The notes under the pieces: model-generated
The model's input: only the letters and a program-made list of their open reading frames with translations
Told to the model about the DNA's origin: nothing
Databases searched by the model: none
Translations under genes and position numbers: made by a program
Shown here: positions 27,230-36,665 of the stretch, piece by piece
Numbering within the stretch: position 1 is the stretch's first letter
Layout: the number at the start of each line of letters is the position of its first letter
Assembly: GCA_033855935.1 (NCBI GenBank)
Contig: JAWVFN010000191.1
Location: 1 to 49,458 of the forward strand
Direction of reading: 5' to 3'
Length of the DNA: 49,458 bases
Source: Solirubrobacterales bacterium
Lineage (GTDB): Bacteria; Actinomycetota; Thermoleophilia; Solirubrobacterales; 70-9

Positions 27230-28615
27230 GTGGGGGTGAGGCGCCTGACATTGGTGGTGATCGTCGTCGCAGCGCTCGGGGCGTGGGCGCCGTCGACTCA
27301 CGCGGCCGACCCCTCGCGCGACCGCTCCTGCGGCTGGATCCTCGAGCCGAGCTCCGATCGCGAGAATGTCCTCTTTCCCGACACCGGCACGCGCTACCTG
27401 GCGGGGATCGTGCCGGCGCCGCCCGGGGGCTACGTCGAGATCAAGGGGCAGTTCCCCTACGCGCGGTACATGTCCCTGCAGACCTATAGCCACACGCTGC
27501 AGACGGCGACCGACCTCTACGACCAGCAGATCCAGCCCGACTCGGGATCGAGCAACCCGTACCTGCCGGGCGCCGATCGCACCTCCGGCGACCGCGGTTA
27601 CACCGTACGTCTCCTCGGCGGGCAGGCTCCGGCCGGCGGCGGACCGCCCAACACTCTCTATGAGACGAGCGCCGACGGCACCAAGAGCGGCTTTGGGCTC
27701 GCCTACCGGATCTACCTGCCCGACCGGACCGCGGGACCGTTCGGCGGCGTGCCGGCGCCGTCGCTGACGCTGGTCTTCGGCGACGGCACGCGGATCCCGC
27801 TTCCCAAATGCCCCGACCTGGTTCCCGACGTCGGCTTGACTCAGGCGCTCGCCGGCCTCGGGCTCTCCGACTACCTGCTGCCGCCCGTCGGCCTGCTCGC
27901 TCTGCACACGCCCGTCTGGCACAAGTACGTCAACGCGCCGACCTCCTACGCCCTCGGCATCACCGAGAACGAGCTGATCCCACAGTCCATCCGCGATCTG
28001 ATCGACCAGGTCACGACCCAGCTGCCCTCGGGCCTCGGCGAGAACGCGCACATCAAGTACGTCTACTCGTACTTGTCGCAGGAGTTCGGCAAGGTCGTCG
28101 AGTTCCGCGCCAAGCTGCCGACCACCCCACGAACTCGAGACGGCGAGCCATCGATGGGAACTGGACAGCTCCGCTACTGGTCTCTGTGCACGGCGAACAG
28201 GACGACGCAGACCTATGGCTGCGCCGTCGACGAGGACGTGCCGGTCGACAAGAACGGCTACTTCACGGTCGCGATTTCGACGGCCGCGAACCGGCCGGCA
28301 GACGCGGTGCCCCAGTGCGGCGTCGCCTGGCTGCCATGGGGCCCCGACCCGAAGGGGATCGTCTTCCTGCGGAACATGCTGCCCAGCCCCGGCTTCGCCG
28401 AGGCGGTCCAGAACGCCAAGCCGGGAGCCGAGCAGCAGACGATGGGCGCCTACTACCCCCAGGGCCGTTACTACCAGGCGCCGGGCGACTTCGAGCAGCA
28501 GGTTGGATGTCACCCGCCCTCCGGTCAGGCGGTCACGGCCGGCAAGAAGCACAAGAAACACAAGAAGCACCGCAAGCACAAGAAGAAGAAGCGAAAGAAA
28601 AAACTCCGCGCCTAG
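27230..28615 (+). CDS. secreted protein of unknown function with Lys/His-rich C-terminal tail
   Basis: Signal peptide LTLVVIVVAALGAWAPSTHA. Motifs ARYMSLQTY and LRYWSLCTANRTTQTYGC...NGYFTVAIS are faintly DUF1214-like. The tail is GKKHKKHKKHRKHKKKKRKKKLRA. Confidence 0.75.
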   Translation: MGVRRLTLVVIVVAALGAWAPSTHAADPSRDRSCGWILEPSSDRENVLFPDTGTRYLAGIVPAPPGGYVEIKGQFPYARYMSLQTYSHTLQTATDLYDQQIQPDSGSSNPYLPGADRTSGDRGYTVRLLGGQAPAGGGPPNTLYETSADGTKSGFGLAYRIYLPDRTAGPFGGVPAPSLTLVFGDGTRIPLPKCPDLVPDVGLTQALAGLGLSDYLLPPVGLLALHTPVWHKYVNAPTSYALGITENELIPQSIRDLIDQVTTQLPSGLGENAHIKYVYSYLSQEFGKVVEFRAKLPTTPRTRDGEPSMGTGQLRYWSLCTANRTTQTYGCAVDEDVPVDKNGYFTVAISTAANRPADAVPQCGVAWLPWGPDPKGIVFLRNMLPSPGFAEAVQNAKPGAEQQTMGAYYPQGRYYQAPGDFEQQVGCHPPSGQAVTAGKKHKKHKKHRKHKKKKRKKKLRA

Positions 28616-28647
28616 CGACGCGCCGACGTTCTCCGTACCCTGCGCGC

Positions 28648-29721
28648 ATGTTCGAGGCGCCGCAGGGGCGGGTCCGGAGCCGGCCGCGGGTCGCCGCTGC
28701 CATCGTCGTCGGGTTCGCGGTGATCGCGACCGGGGCAGCCGGTCAGGACATGCCCGACAAAAGGAAGCCACCGCACAACCAGCGGCTGTTGAACAGCCAG
28801 TGGGACCGGCAGGCGATCGGGCTCGAGACGCCGACGATCGAGGCGGCGAGGCTCTCCGACGTGACGGTCGGCCTGGTTGACACCGGCATCGACCTCGGCC
28901 ACCCCGACCTCCGCAACCGCCTCTGGCAGAACCCGCGGGCGACGCCGGCGCCGCTGGGGCAAGGGGTCGTTCCCCGGGGGGCGCCGGGTTGGGACCTGGT
29001 CGCCAAGACGGCGCGGCCCCAGGACGCCGGCGGCCACGGCACCGTTGTCGCCGGGCTGATCGGGGCCGAGAACGGCAACGGGATCGGCATCGACGGGATC
29101 GCCCCGAACGCGCGGTTGATGGCTTTGCGCACCTGCACCAAGCCGCCGGCGACGGCGATCTACTGCACCGACGCGCCCTACGCCGCGGCGATCAACTGGG
29201 CGGTCGCACACGGCGCCCGCGTCATCAACATGAGCTGGAGCGTCGGTGGCGGCCCCGCGGTGTCGGCGGCGGTCGCCGCCAATCCCCAGGCGCTGTTCGT
29301 CGCCGGCGCCGAGAACGGCGGGGGCATCGACGTCGACAAGGATGCCGTCAAGCACAACTGCGAACTGCCCTACGCGAACGTGATCTGCGTCGCCGCCTCG
29401 ACCCGGACAGGCGGCCGGGCACCGTGCTCGAATATCGGACCGGCCTCGGTCGACCTCGCGGCGCCGGGGCTCGGGGTGACGACGACTCTCATTGGCGGGC
29501 GCTACCTGCGCAACAGCCCGTGCGCGGTCACCTTCGCCGTGCCCCACGTCACCGGCGTCGCGGCGCTGCTCTTCGGAGCAGTGCCCGGCGCCGGCGTTCG
29601 GGCGGTAAAGCAGGCGTTGCTCCGGGGCGCGAGGCCGAGCCCGGCCTTCCGCGGGCAGACCGTCAGCGGCGGCATCCTCGACGCGACCCGTTCGCTGAAG
29701 ATCCTCCGCGGCCAGCCCTAG
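28648..29721 (+). CDS. subtilisin-like (S8) peptidase homologue with Thr at the nucleophile position
   Basis: ATG 28648. Asp box VGLVDTGID, His box GGHGTVVAG, oxyanion AGAENGG. The Ser box reads AVTFAVPHVTG instead of GTSxAxPHVxG. Confidence 0.8.
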   Translation: MFEAPQGRVRSRPRVAAAIVVGFAVIATGAAGQDMPDKRKPPHNQRLLNSQWDRQAIGLETPTIEAARLSDVTVGLVDTGIDLGHPDLRNRLWQNPRATPAPLGQGVVPRGAPGWDLVAKTARPQDAGGHGTVVAGLIGAENGNGIGIDGIAPNARLMALRTCTKPPATAIYCTDAPYAAAINWAVAHGARVINMSWSVGGGPAVSAAVAANPQALFVAGAENGGGIDVDKDAVKHNCELPYANVICVAASTRTGGRAPCSNIGPASVDLAAPGLGVTTTLIGGRYLRNSPCAVTFAVPHVTGVAALLFGAVPGAGVRAVKQALLRGARPSPAFRGQTVSGGILDATRSLKILRGQP

Positions 29722-29841
29722 ACCCCGCCTTGCGGGCGCCCGAAAGTGGGTGTACTTTGTTTTGAGACGAGACGGGCCAGCTGGACAGACGCTGGCCAGG
29801 CGTCCGGATCGCTGCAGTTTCAGTCGCAGTAGATCCATGCC

Positions 29842-30777
29842 ATGGAATCCGCCACGTCGATACCCGAGCCCGAGATGCGCCAGGTCGAGCACGCCTCGCT
29901 CGACAGGGCCGCGAGCATCTTCGTGACCGGCGCCCCACCGGCGTTACTGGTCTTGGCGATCATCTTCAGTTGGGGCAGCCTGCTCCAGTGGCAGGACGCC
30001 GTCGTCTTCACCGTCACCTATCTCGCGGTCGGGATCGGGGTCACGGTCGGCTACCACCGCCTCTTCACCCACCGCAGCTTCAAGGCGACGCCGGCAGTCA
30101 AGGCGACGCTGGCGATTCTCGGCTCGGCCGCCGCCGAAGGCGCCGTGATCGAGTGGGTCTCGACCCACCGCCAGCACCACCAGTTCTCCGATGCCGAGGG
30201 TGACCCCCACAGCCCGCATGTCGGGCAGGGGTCCGGGATCTGGGGGCAGATCCGCGGCCTCTTTCACGCCCACATCGGCTGGGTCTTCGGCGACTCGCAG
30301 CGCGCCGACGAGAACCGCTACGCGCCGGACCTGACCAAGGACCCGCTGATCGAGTTCCTCAACCGCACCTGGCTCGTCTGGGTCCTGGCCGGGCTAGCGT
30401 TTCCGTTTGCGCTCGGCTGGATCCTGACCGGCAGCGTCATCGGCGGCCTCACCGGGCTGCTCTGGGGCGGCGCGGTACGGATCTTCGTCCTCCACCACAC
30501 GACCTTCAGCATCAACAGCCTCTGCCACTTCTTTGGGCGCAAGCGCTTTGAGACGGGCGATGAGTCGCGAAACCTCGCCTGGCTGGCGCCGTTCACTCTC
30601 GGCGAGTCCTGGCACAACAACCACCACGCGTTCCCCACTTCCGCCAGGCATGGCCTGGGCCGCTGGCAGCTCGATCTCTCTGCGGGGGTGATCTGGACGC
30701 TCGAACGGCTCGGTCTCGCCTGGGATGTAGTCCGGATCACCCCCGAGCGCCAGGCGCGCAAAGCCGTGCTCAGCTAG
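29842..30777 (+). CDS. acyl-CoA (stearoyl-CoA type, delta-9) fatty acid desaturase
   Basis: His boxes [20 protein letters not shown] and HNNHHAFP, with four hydrophobic segments. Confidence 0.88.
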   Translation: MESATSIPEPEMRQVEHASLDRAASIFVTGAPPALLVLAIIFSWGSLLQWQDAVVFTVTYLAVGIGVTVGYHRLFTHRSFKATPAVKATLAILGSAAAEGAVIEWVSTHRQHHQFSDAEGDPHSPHVGQGSGIWGQIRGLFHAHIGWVFGDSQRADENRYAPDLTKDPLIEFLNRTWLVWVLAGLAFPFALGWILTGSVIGGLTGLLWGGAVRIFVLHHTTFSINSLCHFFGRKRFETGDESRNLAWLAPFTLGESWHNNHHAFPTSARHGLGRWQLDLSAGVIWTLERLGLAWDVVRITPERQARKAVLS

Positions 30778-31679
30778 AGATAACTGACGCCGGTCAGCTG
30801 TTCGGAGACCTCCCAGAGGCGCCGGCCGGTCTCGGCTTCTCGGGCCTTCGGGATCGTCTTGGTGAGCGTCGGGTAGCCGCGCATCTCCTGAACACCGTCC
30901 GGGCCGTAGTACTCGCCGCCCTCGACGCCGGGCGCGGTTGCCGCGTAGAGCTCGGGCAGCGTTCCCCGTTCGGGGCTTTGGGCCAAGAACAGGTTGCCGA
31001 CCTTCAGAGCCGCGTTGAGTATCCCCGTGGGGCCCGTGCTCTGCAGATTCGTCCCCGAGTAGCCGGGGTGGGCGAGGACGCTGATCGCCGGCGAACCTGC
31101 CGCTCGCAGGCGGCGGTCGAGCTCGATCCCGAAGATCGCGTTGGCGAGCTTCGACTGCTGGTAGGCGCCGCGCGGTGTGTAGCCGGTCTCGCGCTGGAGG
31201 TTGTCGAAGTCGATGCTTCCACCCTTGTGCTCGTTGCTGCTGACCGTGACGATCCGGGCGGCATCGGCGCGCTGAAGCCCATCGAGCAGCAGGCCGGTGA
31301 GGGCGAAGTGGCCGAGGTGGTTGGTGCCGAACTGGAGCTCGAAACCGTCAGCGGTCTGGCGCTGCGGGGTCATCATGATCCCGGCGTTGTTGAGGAGGAG
31401 GTCGACCGGCCTCCCGTCGAATTCGGCGGCGAATGAGCGCACGGATTCGAGCCCGCTGAGGTCGAGCTGACGTAGGTCAGGTTTTACTCCGGTCTCCGCC
31501 GAGACCTTCTCGGCGGCGGCTTCTGCCTTTTCGATGTTGCGGCAGGCCATGACGACCTCGGCTCCGTGACGGGCGAGCTCCGTCGTCGCGACCAGGCCGA
31601 GGCCGCTATTGGCGCCGGTTACGATCGCCAGCTTGCCGGCCTGGCTGGGCATCTGCTCGGCGGTCCATTTCTCGATCAT
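30774..31679 (-). CDS. short-chain dehydrogenase/reductase (retinol-dehydrogenase-like SDR)
   Basis: TGANSGLG cofactor motif, NNAG, and catalytic YQQSK. Confidence 0.85.
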   Translation of the reverse strand: MIEKWTAEQMPSQAGKLAIVTGANSGLGLVATTELARHGAEVVMACRNIEKAEAAAEKVSAETGVKPDLRQLDLSGLESVRSFAAEFDGRPVDLLLNNAGIMMTPQRQTADGFELQFGTNHLGHFALTGLLLDGLQRADAARIVTVSSNEHKGGSIDFDNLQRETGYTPRGAYQQSKLANAIFGIELDRRLRAAGSPAISVLAHPGYSGTNLQSTGPTGILNAALKVGNLFLAQSPERGTLPELYAATAPGVEGGEYYGPDGVQEMRGYPTLTKTIPKAREAETGRRLWEVSEQLTGVSYL

Positions 31680-31755
31680 CGCGGCACATAGTCTGACGGG
31701 CGGAGCCCGTCGGCCCGGCGCGCGCCGGCGCCGCCGCTGCTAGCGTCCACCGACG

Positions 31756-32856
31756 GTGAGGCGAGCGCTGCCAAGAGGGGTGCAGTTGGGTGCTGTGCTG
31801 TTGGCGGTCCTCTGCCCGGCGACGGCTGGCGCCGTCAGCTATGCCCCGGTCGACCGGCCGGGCCCGGCGCTGAGCGTGCCCCAGAGCGCCCTCGACGCGA
31901 GCCTCGAATGCAGCCCGGGAGTGGACCACGCCTCGAAGGCACCTGTCCTGCTCGTCCCCGGAACCGGTGCGACGCCCAAAGACAACTGGTCGTGGACCTA
32001 TGAGCCGGCTTTCGACATGATCGGCGTTCCCTGGTGTGCGCTTACCTCGCCCGAGCACGCCAATGGTGACATCCAGGTCAACGGCGAGTACGTCGTCAAC
32101 GCGATCCGCACGATGTACGCGCGCGCCGGGCGCAAGATCGCGATCGTCGGCCACAGCCAGGGCGGCATGGTGCCGCGCTGGGCGCTGCGCTTCTGGCCCG
32201 ACACGCGATCGATGGTCGACGACGTGATCGGCTTCGCGGCCTCCAACCACGGCACGACGCTCGCGGCGGCCGCCTGCTCGTCGTCGTGTTCGGCGGCGAA
32301 CTGGCAGCAGCGAAACGACTCGAACTTCATCAAAGCGCTGAACTCGCTCCAGGAGACGTTTCCCGGCATCTCCTACACGAGCGTGTACACGCACACCGAC
32401 GAGATCGTCCAGCCAAACTCGGACTCGAACGGCAGCTCCTCGATTCACGGGGGCGGCGGCGAGATCACCAACGTCGCGACGCAGGAGATCTGCCCGCTCG
32501 ACATCAACGAGCACCTGGCGATCGGCACGATCGACCCCGTCGCCTACGCGCTGGCGATCGATGCGCTCACCCACGCGGGGCCGGCGGTCCCGTCGCGCAT
32601 CGACCCGCTCACCTGCGCCCAGCTCCTGCACCCCGGGATCAACCCGATCACCTGGCCTGTCGATGCGGCCCAGGCCGCGGTCGACCTCGAGACCTCACCC
32701 GAGACCAAGGTCCCGGCCGAGCCCGAGCTGCGGTGTTACACGCTGGCTTCGTGCGCTTCGACCCAGGCCAAGAAGAAGGCGAAGTGCAAGAAGCGCAAGC
32801 GCGCTGGCCACAAGCCTAAGAAAGCCTGCCGGCACAAGAAGCATCGCCGTCACTAG
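31756..32856 (+). CDS. secreted CALB-like (lipase B type) triacylglycerol lipase with Lys-rich, Cys-containing tail
   Basis: PVLLVPGTGATPKDNW...GDIQVNGEYVVNAIRTMYA...IVGHSQGGMVPRWALRFWP parallels Candida antarctica lipase B blocks. The tail is QAKKKAKCKKRKRAGHKPKKACRHKKHRRH. Confidence 0.8.
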   Translation: MRRALPRGVQLGAVLLAVLCPATAGAVSYAPVDRPGPALSVPQSALDASLECSPGVDHASKAPVLLVPGTGATPKDNWSWTYEPAFDMIGVPWCALTSPEHANGDIQVNGEYVVNAIRTMYARAGRKIAIVGHSQGGMVPRWALRFWPDTRSMVDDVIGFAASNHGTTLAAAACSSSCSAANWQQRNDSNFIKALNSLQETFPGISYTSVYTHTDEIVQPNSDSNGSSSIHGGGGEITNVATQEICPLDINEHLAIGTIDPVAYALAIDALTHAGPAVPSRIDPLTCAQLLHPGINPITWPVDAAQAAVDLETSPETKVPAEPELRCYTLASCASTQAKKKAKCKKRKRAGHKPKKACRHKKHRRH

Positions 32857-32889
32857 TCTCCCCTCACCAACCCGACCGGAGGAGTGGAG

Positions 32890-33729
32890 ATGGCGATCAC
32901 CCACGCCGAGCAGAAGCAGATCGACCAGGCGAACAAGTCCGGAACCATCCCGGTGGTCTTCATCCACGGTCTCTGGGTGCTGGCGAGCAGCTGGGACCGC
33001 TGGGGCGAGCTGTTCAAGAAGGGCGGCCATGCCCCGGTCCAGGCGATTTGGCCGGACGACCCGGAGACGGTCGCGGAGGCGAGGAAGAACCCCGACGTCT
33101 TCGCCGGCAAGACCCTGAACCAGATCGCCGACCACACCGCCGAGGTGATCGACGCGCTGGATAAGAAGCCCGCCGTGATCGGTCATTCGACAGGCGGCCT
33201 TCTGGCGCAGATGCTCGCCGACCGCGGCCTGTCGGCGGCCACCGTTGGAGTCGACTCGGGGCCGTTCCGCGGCGTGTTGCCATTGCCGTTCTCGTCGCTG
33301 AAGTCGGCCTTCCCGGTTCTCAAGAACCCCCTCAACAAGGGCAAGGCGATCACCCTGACCTTCGATCAGTTCAAGTACGGCTGGGCCAACGCCCTCGACG
33401 ACGAGCAGGCCGAACGGCTCTACGAGGAGTTCCACGTGGCGGCGCCGGGCGTGGCGCTGATGCAGATGGCCAATGCGAACGTCAACCCGTTCACCGAGGC
33501 CAAGGTCGACGCTAAGAATCCCGAGCGCGGGCCGCTGCTGCTGATCGACGGTGAGGTCGACCACACCGTTCCCTGGGCGATCGCCAATGCCTCCTACAAG
33601 AAGCAGAAGCGTAACGAGGGCGTGACCGAGATCAAGCAGATCCCGAACCGCGGCCACTCGCTGACGATCGACGACGGCTGGCAAGAGGTCGCCCAGACCT
33701 CGCTCGACTTCGTCAAGCGGTTCGTCTAG
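32890..33729 (+). CDS. alpha/beta hydrolase
   Basis: VVFIHGLW, with nucleophile elbow IGHSTGG. ATG 32890 lies 7 nt after GGAGG. The ORF opens at GTG 32884. Confidence 0.8.
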   Translation: MAITHAEQKQIDQANKSGTIPVVFIHGLWVLASSWDRWGELFKKGGHAPVQAIWPDDPETVAEARKNPDVFAGKTLNQIADHTAEVIDALDKKPAVIGHSTGGLLAQMLADRGLSAATVGVDSGPFRGVLPLPFSSLKSAFPVLKNPLNKGKAITLTFDQFKYGWANALDDEQAERLYEEFHVAAPGVALMQMANANVNPFTEAKVDAKNPERGPLLLIDGEVDHTVPWAIANASYKKQKRNEGVTEIKQIPNRGHSLTIDDGWQEVAQTSLDFVKRFV

Positions 33730-33732
33730 CCG

Positions 33733-34542
33733 CTAGTCGGCGAACTCCGCGGGACGCTTCTCCAGGAAGGCCGCAACCGCCTCGGGCAGGGCGACGCCGT
33801 GCGTCGCCATGATCTGCTGACGGTCCTCGTACTCGACCGCCGCCAGCTCGGCGGGGATCTCGAGCGCCGCCCACATCCCCTGTTTGGTGAGGCGCACGCC
33901 CCACGGAGCCCAGGCGGCGATCTCCTGCGCCCGCTCGACCGAGTGCTCGATCAGCTTCTCGTCGTCGACGACGTCGGCGACGAGCCCGATCCGCTCGGCC
34001 TCCTCGGCGCTGACCTTGCGCGCGGTGAGCATCAGCTCGTGCGAGCGCGAGGCGCCGATCAGCCGCGGCAGCAGCCAGCTCGTCGCCATGTCGCAGTTCG
34101 AGACGCCGATGTTGAGGAAGGCGGCGCGGAAGACGGCGCTGCGGGCGGCATAGCGGATGTCGGAACCGAGGGTGAGGGCGAAGCCGAGGCCGGCGGCGGG
34201 CCCGTTGACCGCGGCGATCACTGGCTGCGGCGTCGAGCGCAGCTTGAGGATCATCCGCGACATGTGCTCCTGATTGGCGAGGCGGTCGCGCGCCGGGTCG
34301 GTGCCGTCGTTGCCGGGCGCCTCGCCAAACCCCTGGAGGTCGAGCCCGGCGCAGAAGCCGCGCCCGGCCCCGGTGATGACGATCGCGCGGCAGGACCGGT
34401 CGGCGGCGATCACGTCGAGCTGCTCGTGGAGCGCGCCGCAGAGCTCCGCGGTCATCGCGTTCAGCTTGTCGGGCCGGTTCAGCGTCAACAGCCGGATCTT
34501 CTCCGCGGGCCTCTCGACCAGCAGCACGTCGCTCACCGCCAT
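33733..34542 (-). CDS. enoyl-CoA hydratase/isomerase (crotonase) family protein
   Basis: RLLTLNRPDKLNAM...VITGAGRGFCAGLDL...PVIAAVNGPAAGLG. Confidence 0.88.
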   Translation of the reverse strand: MAVSDVLLVERPAEKIRLLTLNRPDKLNAMTAELCGALHEQLDVIAADRSCRAIVITGAGRGFCAGLDLQGFGEAPGNDGTDPARDRLANQEHMSRMILKLRSTPQPVIAAVNGPAAGLGFALTLGSDIRYAARSAVFRAAFLNIGVSNCDMATSWLLPRLIGASRSHELMLTARKVSAEEAERIGLVADVVDDEKLIEHSVERAQEIAAWAPWGVRLTKQGMWAALEIPAELAAVEYEDRQQIMATHGVALPEAVAAFLEKRPAEFAD

Positions 34543-34609
34543 ATCTCTCCTTCGATCGGGATCTATGGAGGGTTGCTATCAGCTTGCAGCACCGCCGGCG
34601 CGGCAATGT

Positions 34610-35413
34610 TCACGGACCGAGGTTCTCGTCGATGAATGCGAGCCCGCCGGTGACCCGCGCGTAGACGGAAGGGGCGAGACGGGAACCGCAGGCGATATTG
34701 CCGATCTCGTCGGCGAACGAGGTGACGCCGACCAGGCGTGGGCCGGCCGGCGTGTCGGCGACCATCGGGCCGCCGCTGTCGCCGAAGCATGTCGTGGCGC
34801 CGATCGGCTTGCGGCTGAAGCGGAGCCCGAGCGAGCAGATCATCGTCCGCGCTTTGAAGGCGCGTCCGTAGACCTGGCGGCAGCGCTTGCTCGGGCGCAG
34901 GCGCTCGCGAGTCTCGGCGAGCAGGCCGACGCGGCTGGGCTCGGTGGTCAGCGGCCTACGGTCGCCGTAGCCGGCGACGCGCACGAACTCCCCGGCGCGG
35001 ATCAGCTGGCCGACCTCAGTGGGGGCCGGCAGCGCGATCGGAGTGACGATGGTGGGCCGCGCCAGGGTCAGCACGGCGAGGTCGTGGCGCTCGTTGTGGC
35101 GGTAGTGGGGGTATCGGCGGACGTCGCTGACGCGGATGACCTCGCCGCCGCCGTTGTGACGTACGCGGGCACGGCCCGTGACGACGCGGAGCTTGCGGTG
35201 TGTCCTCTGGCGCACGCAGTGGGCGGCGGTCAGCACCTTGGTCGGCGCGATCACCGAGCCGGTGCAGAGCAGGCTCTTGTGCTCGCGCAGGGCGACGATG
35301 AACGGCCAGTCGGCGATCTCGGCGCGATGGCCGCCGACGACTCCGGCGGAGGCGACGGGGAGGAGGAGCGCCGCCACGGCGCACCCGATCAAGGCGACAG
35401 ATGCACGGCGCAC
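34610..35413 (-). CDS. secreted trypsin-like (S1) serine protease
   Basis: VVGGHRAEIADWPFIVAL, LTAAHC, DLAVLTL and CFGDSGGPMV form a complete His/Asp/Ser triad. Confidence 0.88.
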   Translation of the reverse strand: MRRASVALIGCAVAALLLPVASAGVVGGHRAEIADWPFIVALREHKSLLCTGSVIAPTKVLTAAHCVRQRTHRKLRVVTGRARVRHNGGGEVIRVSDVRRYPHYRHNERHDLAVLTLARPTIVTPIALPAPTEVGQLIRAGEFVRVAGYGDRRPLTTEPSRVGLLAETRERLRPSKRCRQVYGRAFKARTMICSLGLRFSRKPIGATTCFGDSGGPMVADTPAGPRLVGVTSFADEIGNIACGSRLAPSVYARVTGGLAFIDENLGP

Positions 35414-35427
35414 GATTGGTTTCTGGC

Positions 35428-36042
35428 CTAGTCCGCGGCGATCAGGCCGCGCTGGCCGAGGATCAGCCTCGCCGCCTCGCCCGCCCGCTTGGCTGCGTCG
35501 AGGTAGCCCATGTCGGCGCAGACGATGGAGCCACTCATCAGCACCTGCCAGTTGAAGGCGAACTCCTCAGGATTCTCGATGCCGGCCTCCTTCGCCGGGG
35601 CCATGACCAGCGTGCGCACGTCGGCGAGCGCTTCGCGGCTGGCCGCGAGGAGGGGCGAGTCGGTCTCCCCGAACTCGCGCAGGACGCCGATGAACAGGCA
35701 CGATTCGTACTCGGCGCTGTGAAACCACTCGTCGAGGATCTCGAAGATCGCCAGCAGCTGGCCAATGGGCTCGTCGGATCGGCGGCGCATGTCCGCGTCG
35801 ATCCAACCCCAGGTCCAGAGCTGCTTGCGGCGCTCGATCACCTCGAGCACCAGGTCGTCCTTGGACGGGAAGTGGCGATAGAGCGTCATCTTGGCGACGT
35901 CCGCTTCACTGATGATGCGATCGATGCCGACGGCGCGGATGCCCTCGCGGCAGAAGAGGTCATAAGCCGTGCTGAGGACGCGTTCGCGAGCGTCGTCAGC
36001 CAGAAGGCTTGATGCTTGCTCCTCGTTTCCGGGAGAGGTCAT
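35428..36042 (-). CDS. TetR/AcrR family transcriptional regulator
   Basis: HTH VGIDRIISEADVAKMTLYRHFPSKDDLV. Confidence 0.85.
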   Translation of the reverse strand: MTSPGNEEQASSLLADDARERVLSTAYDLFCREGIRAVGIDRIISEADVAKMTLYRHFPSKDDLVLEVIERRKQLWTWGWIDADMRRRSDEPIGQLLAIFEILDEWFHSAEYESCLFIGVLREFGETDSPLLAASREALADVRTLVMAPAKEAGIENPEEFAFNWQVLMSGSIVCADMGYLDAAKRAGEAARLILGQRGLIAAD

Positions 36043-36087
36043 ATTTCTCCGTGCAACTTAGGGCCCGACGCCCGCTCTGCTAGCGTA

Positions 36088-36105
36088 GTAGACCCATCTG
36101 TCTAC
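36088..36105. promoter_or_regulatory. inverted repeat GTAGAC-N6-GTCTAC in the TetR/LuxR divergent intergenic region
   Basis: Perfect 6-bp arms, 46 nt upstream of the TetR start and just before the LuxR-type ORF. Confidence 0.4.
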
Positions 36106-36107
36106 CG

Positions 36108-36647
36108 ATGGTAAATGCGGTCCCCGCGAAGTATTGCGTGGTTTCCCGCATTACCCACCCACACCCCCGCGTGAACACCATTCCGACGTCGATCATCCTC
36201 GCGGACGACCATGCCGTCGTTCGCCGCGAGCTACAAGCTCTGCTCGCCGACGCGCGCGATCTCGAGTCGGACGACGTGCTGGTGCTCGATCCGGTCACCG
36301 CTGGTGCGCGGGCGGCGGAGATCATCGGCCGGATCGGCGATCTCTCTCCTGGGACCAAAGTGGTGGTCCTCCTGCTGGAGGACGAAACACGCAAGGAGCT
36401 CGAGGCGGAGGCGCGCCGCGCCCGCCGTGGCGACGGTGAGCCTTCGGCGATGCCGCTCACCGGGCGCGAGGTCGACGTCCTGCGGATGATCGCCCTCGGC
36501 TTCACCAACCGCGAGATCGCGGAGGCCCTCTATCTGAGCGTGCGCACGATCGAGTCGCATCGCGCGGGCGTGCAGCGAAAGCTCGGCACGAGCAATCGTG
36601 CCGAGCTTGTCCGCTACGCGATCGACCAGGGCCTGGTCGAGTTCTGA
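36108..36647 (+). CDS. LuxR/FixJ-type DNA-binding protein with shortened receiver-like N-terminal domain
   Basis: C-terminal LTGREVDVLRMIALGFTNREIAEALYLSVRTIESHRAGVQRKLG. The N-terminus IILADDHAVVR...VLVLD... resembles a truncated REC domain. The start may be GTG 36171. Confidence 0.75.
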   Translation: MVNAVPAKYCVVSRITHPHPRVNTIPTSIILADDHAVVRRELQALLADARDLESDDVLVLDPVTAGARAAEIIGRIGDLSPGTKVVVLLLEDETRKELEAEARRARRGDGEPSAMPLTGREVDVLRMIALGFTNREIAEALYLSVRTIESHRAGVQRKLGTSNRAELVRYAIDQGLVEF

Positions 36648-36665
36648 TGCCCGAGTTCTAGGCGT

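Noticed and set aside
26084-28771. 895-aa antisense ORF across the TPR gene and the orphan secreted protein gene; likewise 4900-6810, 5786-7063, 41996-43609 and 48158-49429
   Set aside because: These are Arg-rich shadow ORFs opposite or out of frame with genes that have clear motifs (AT3/SGNH, BVMO fingerprint, HHxxxDG).
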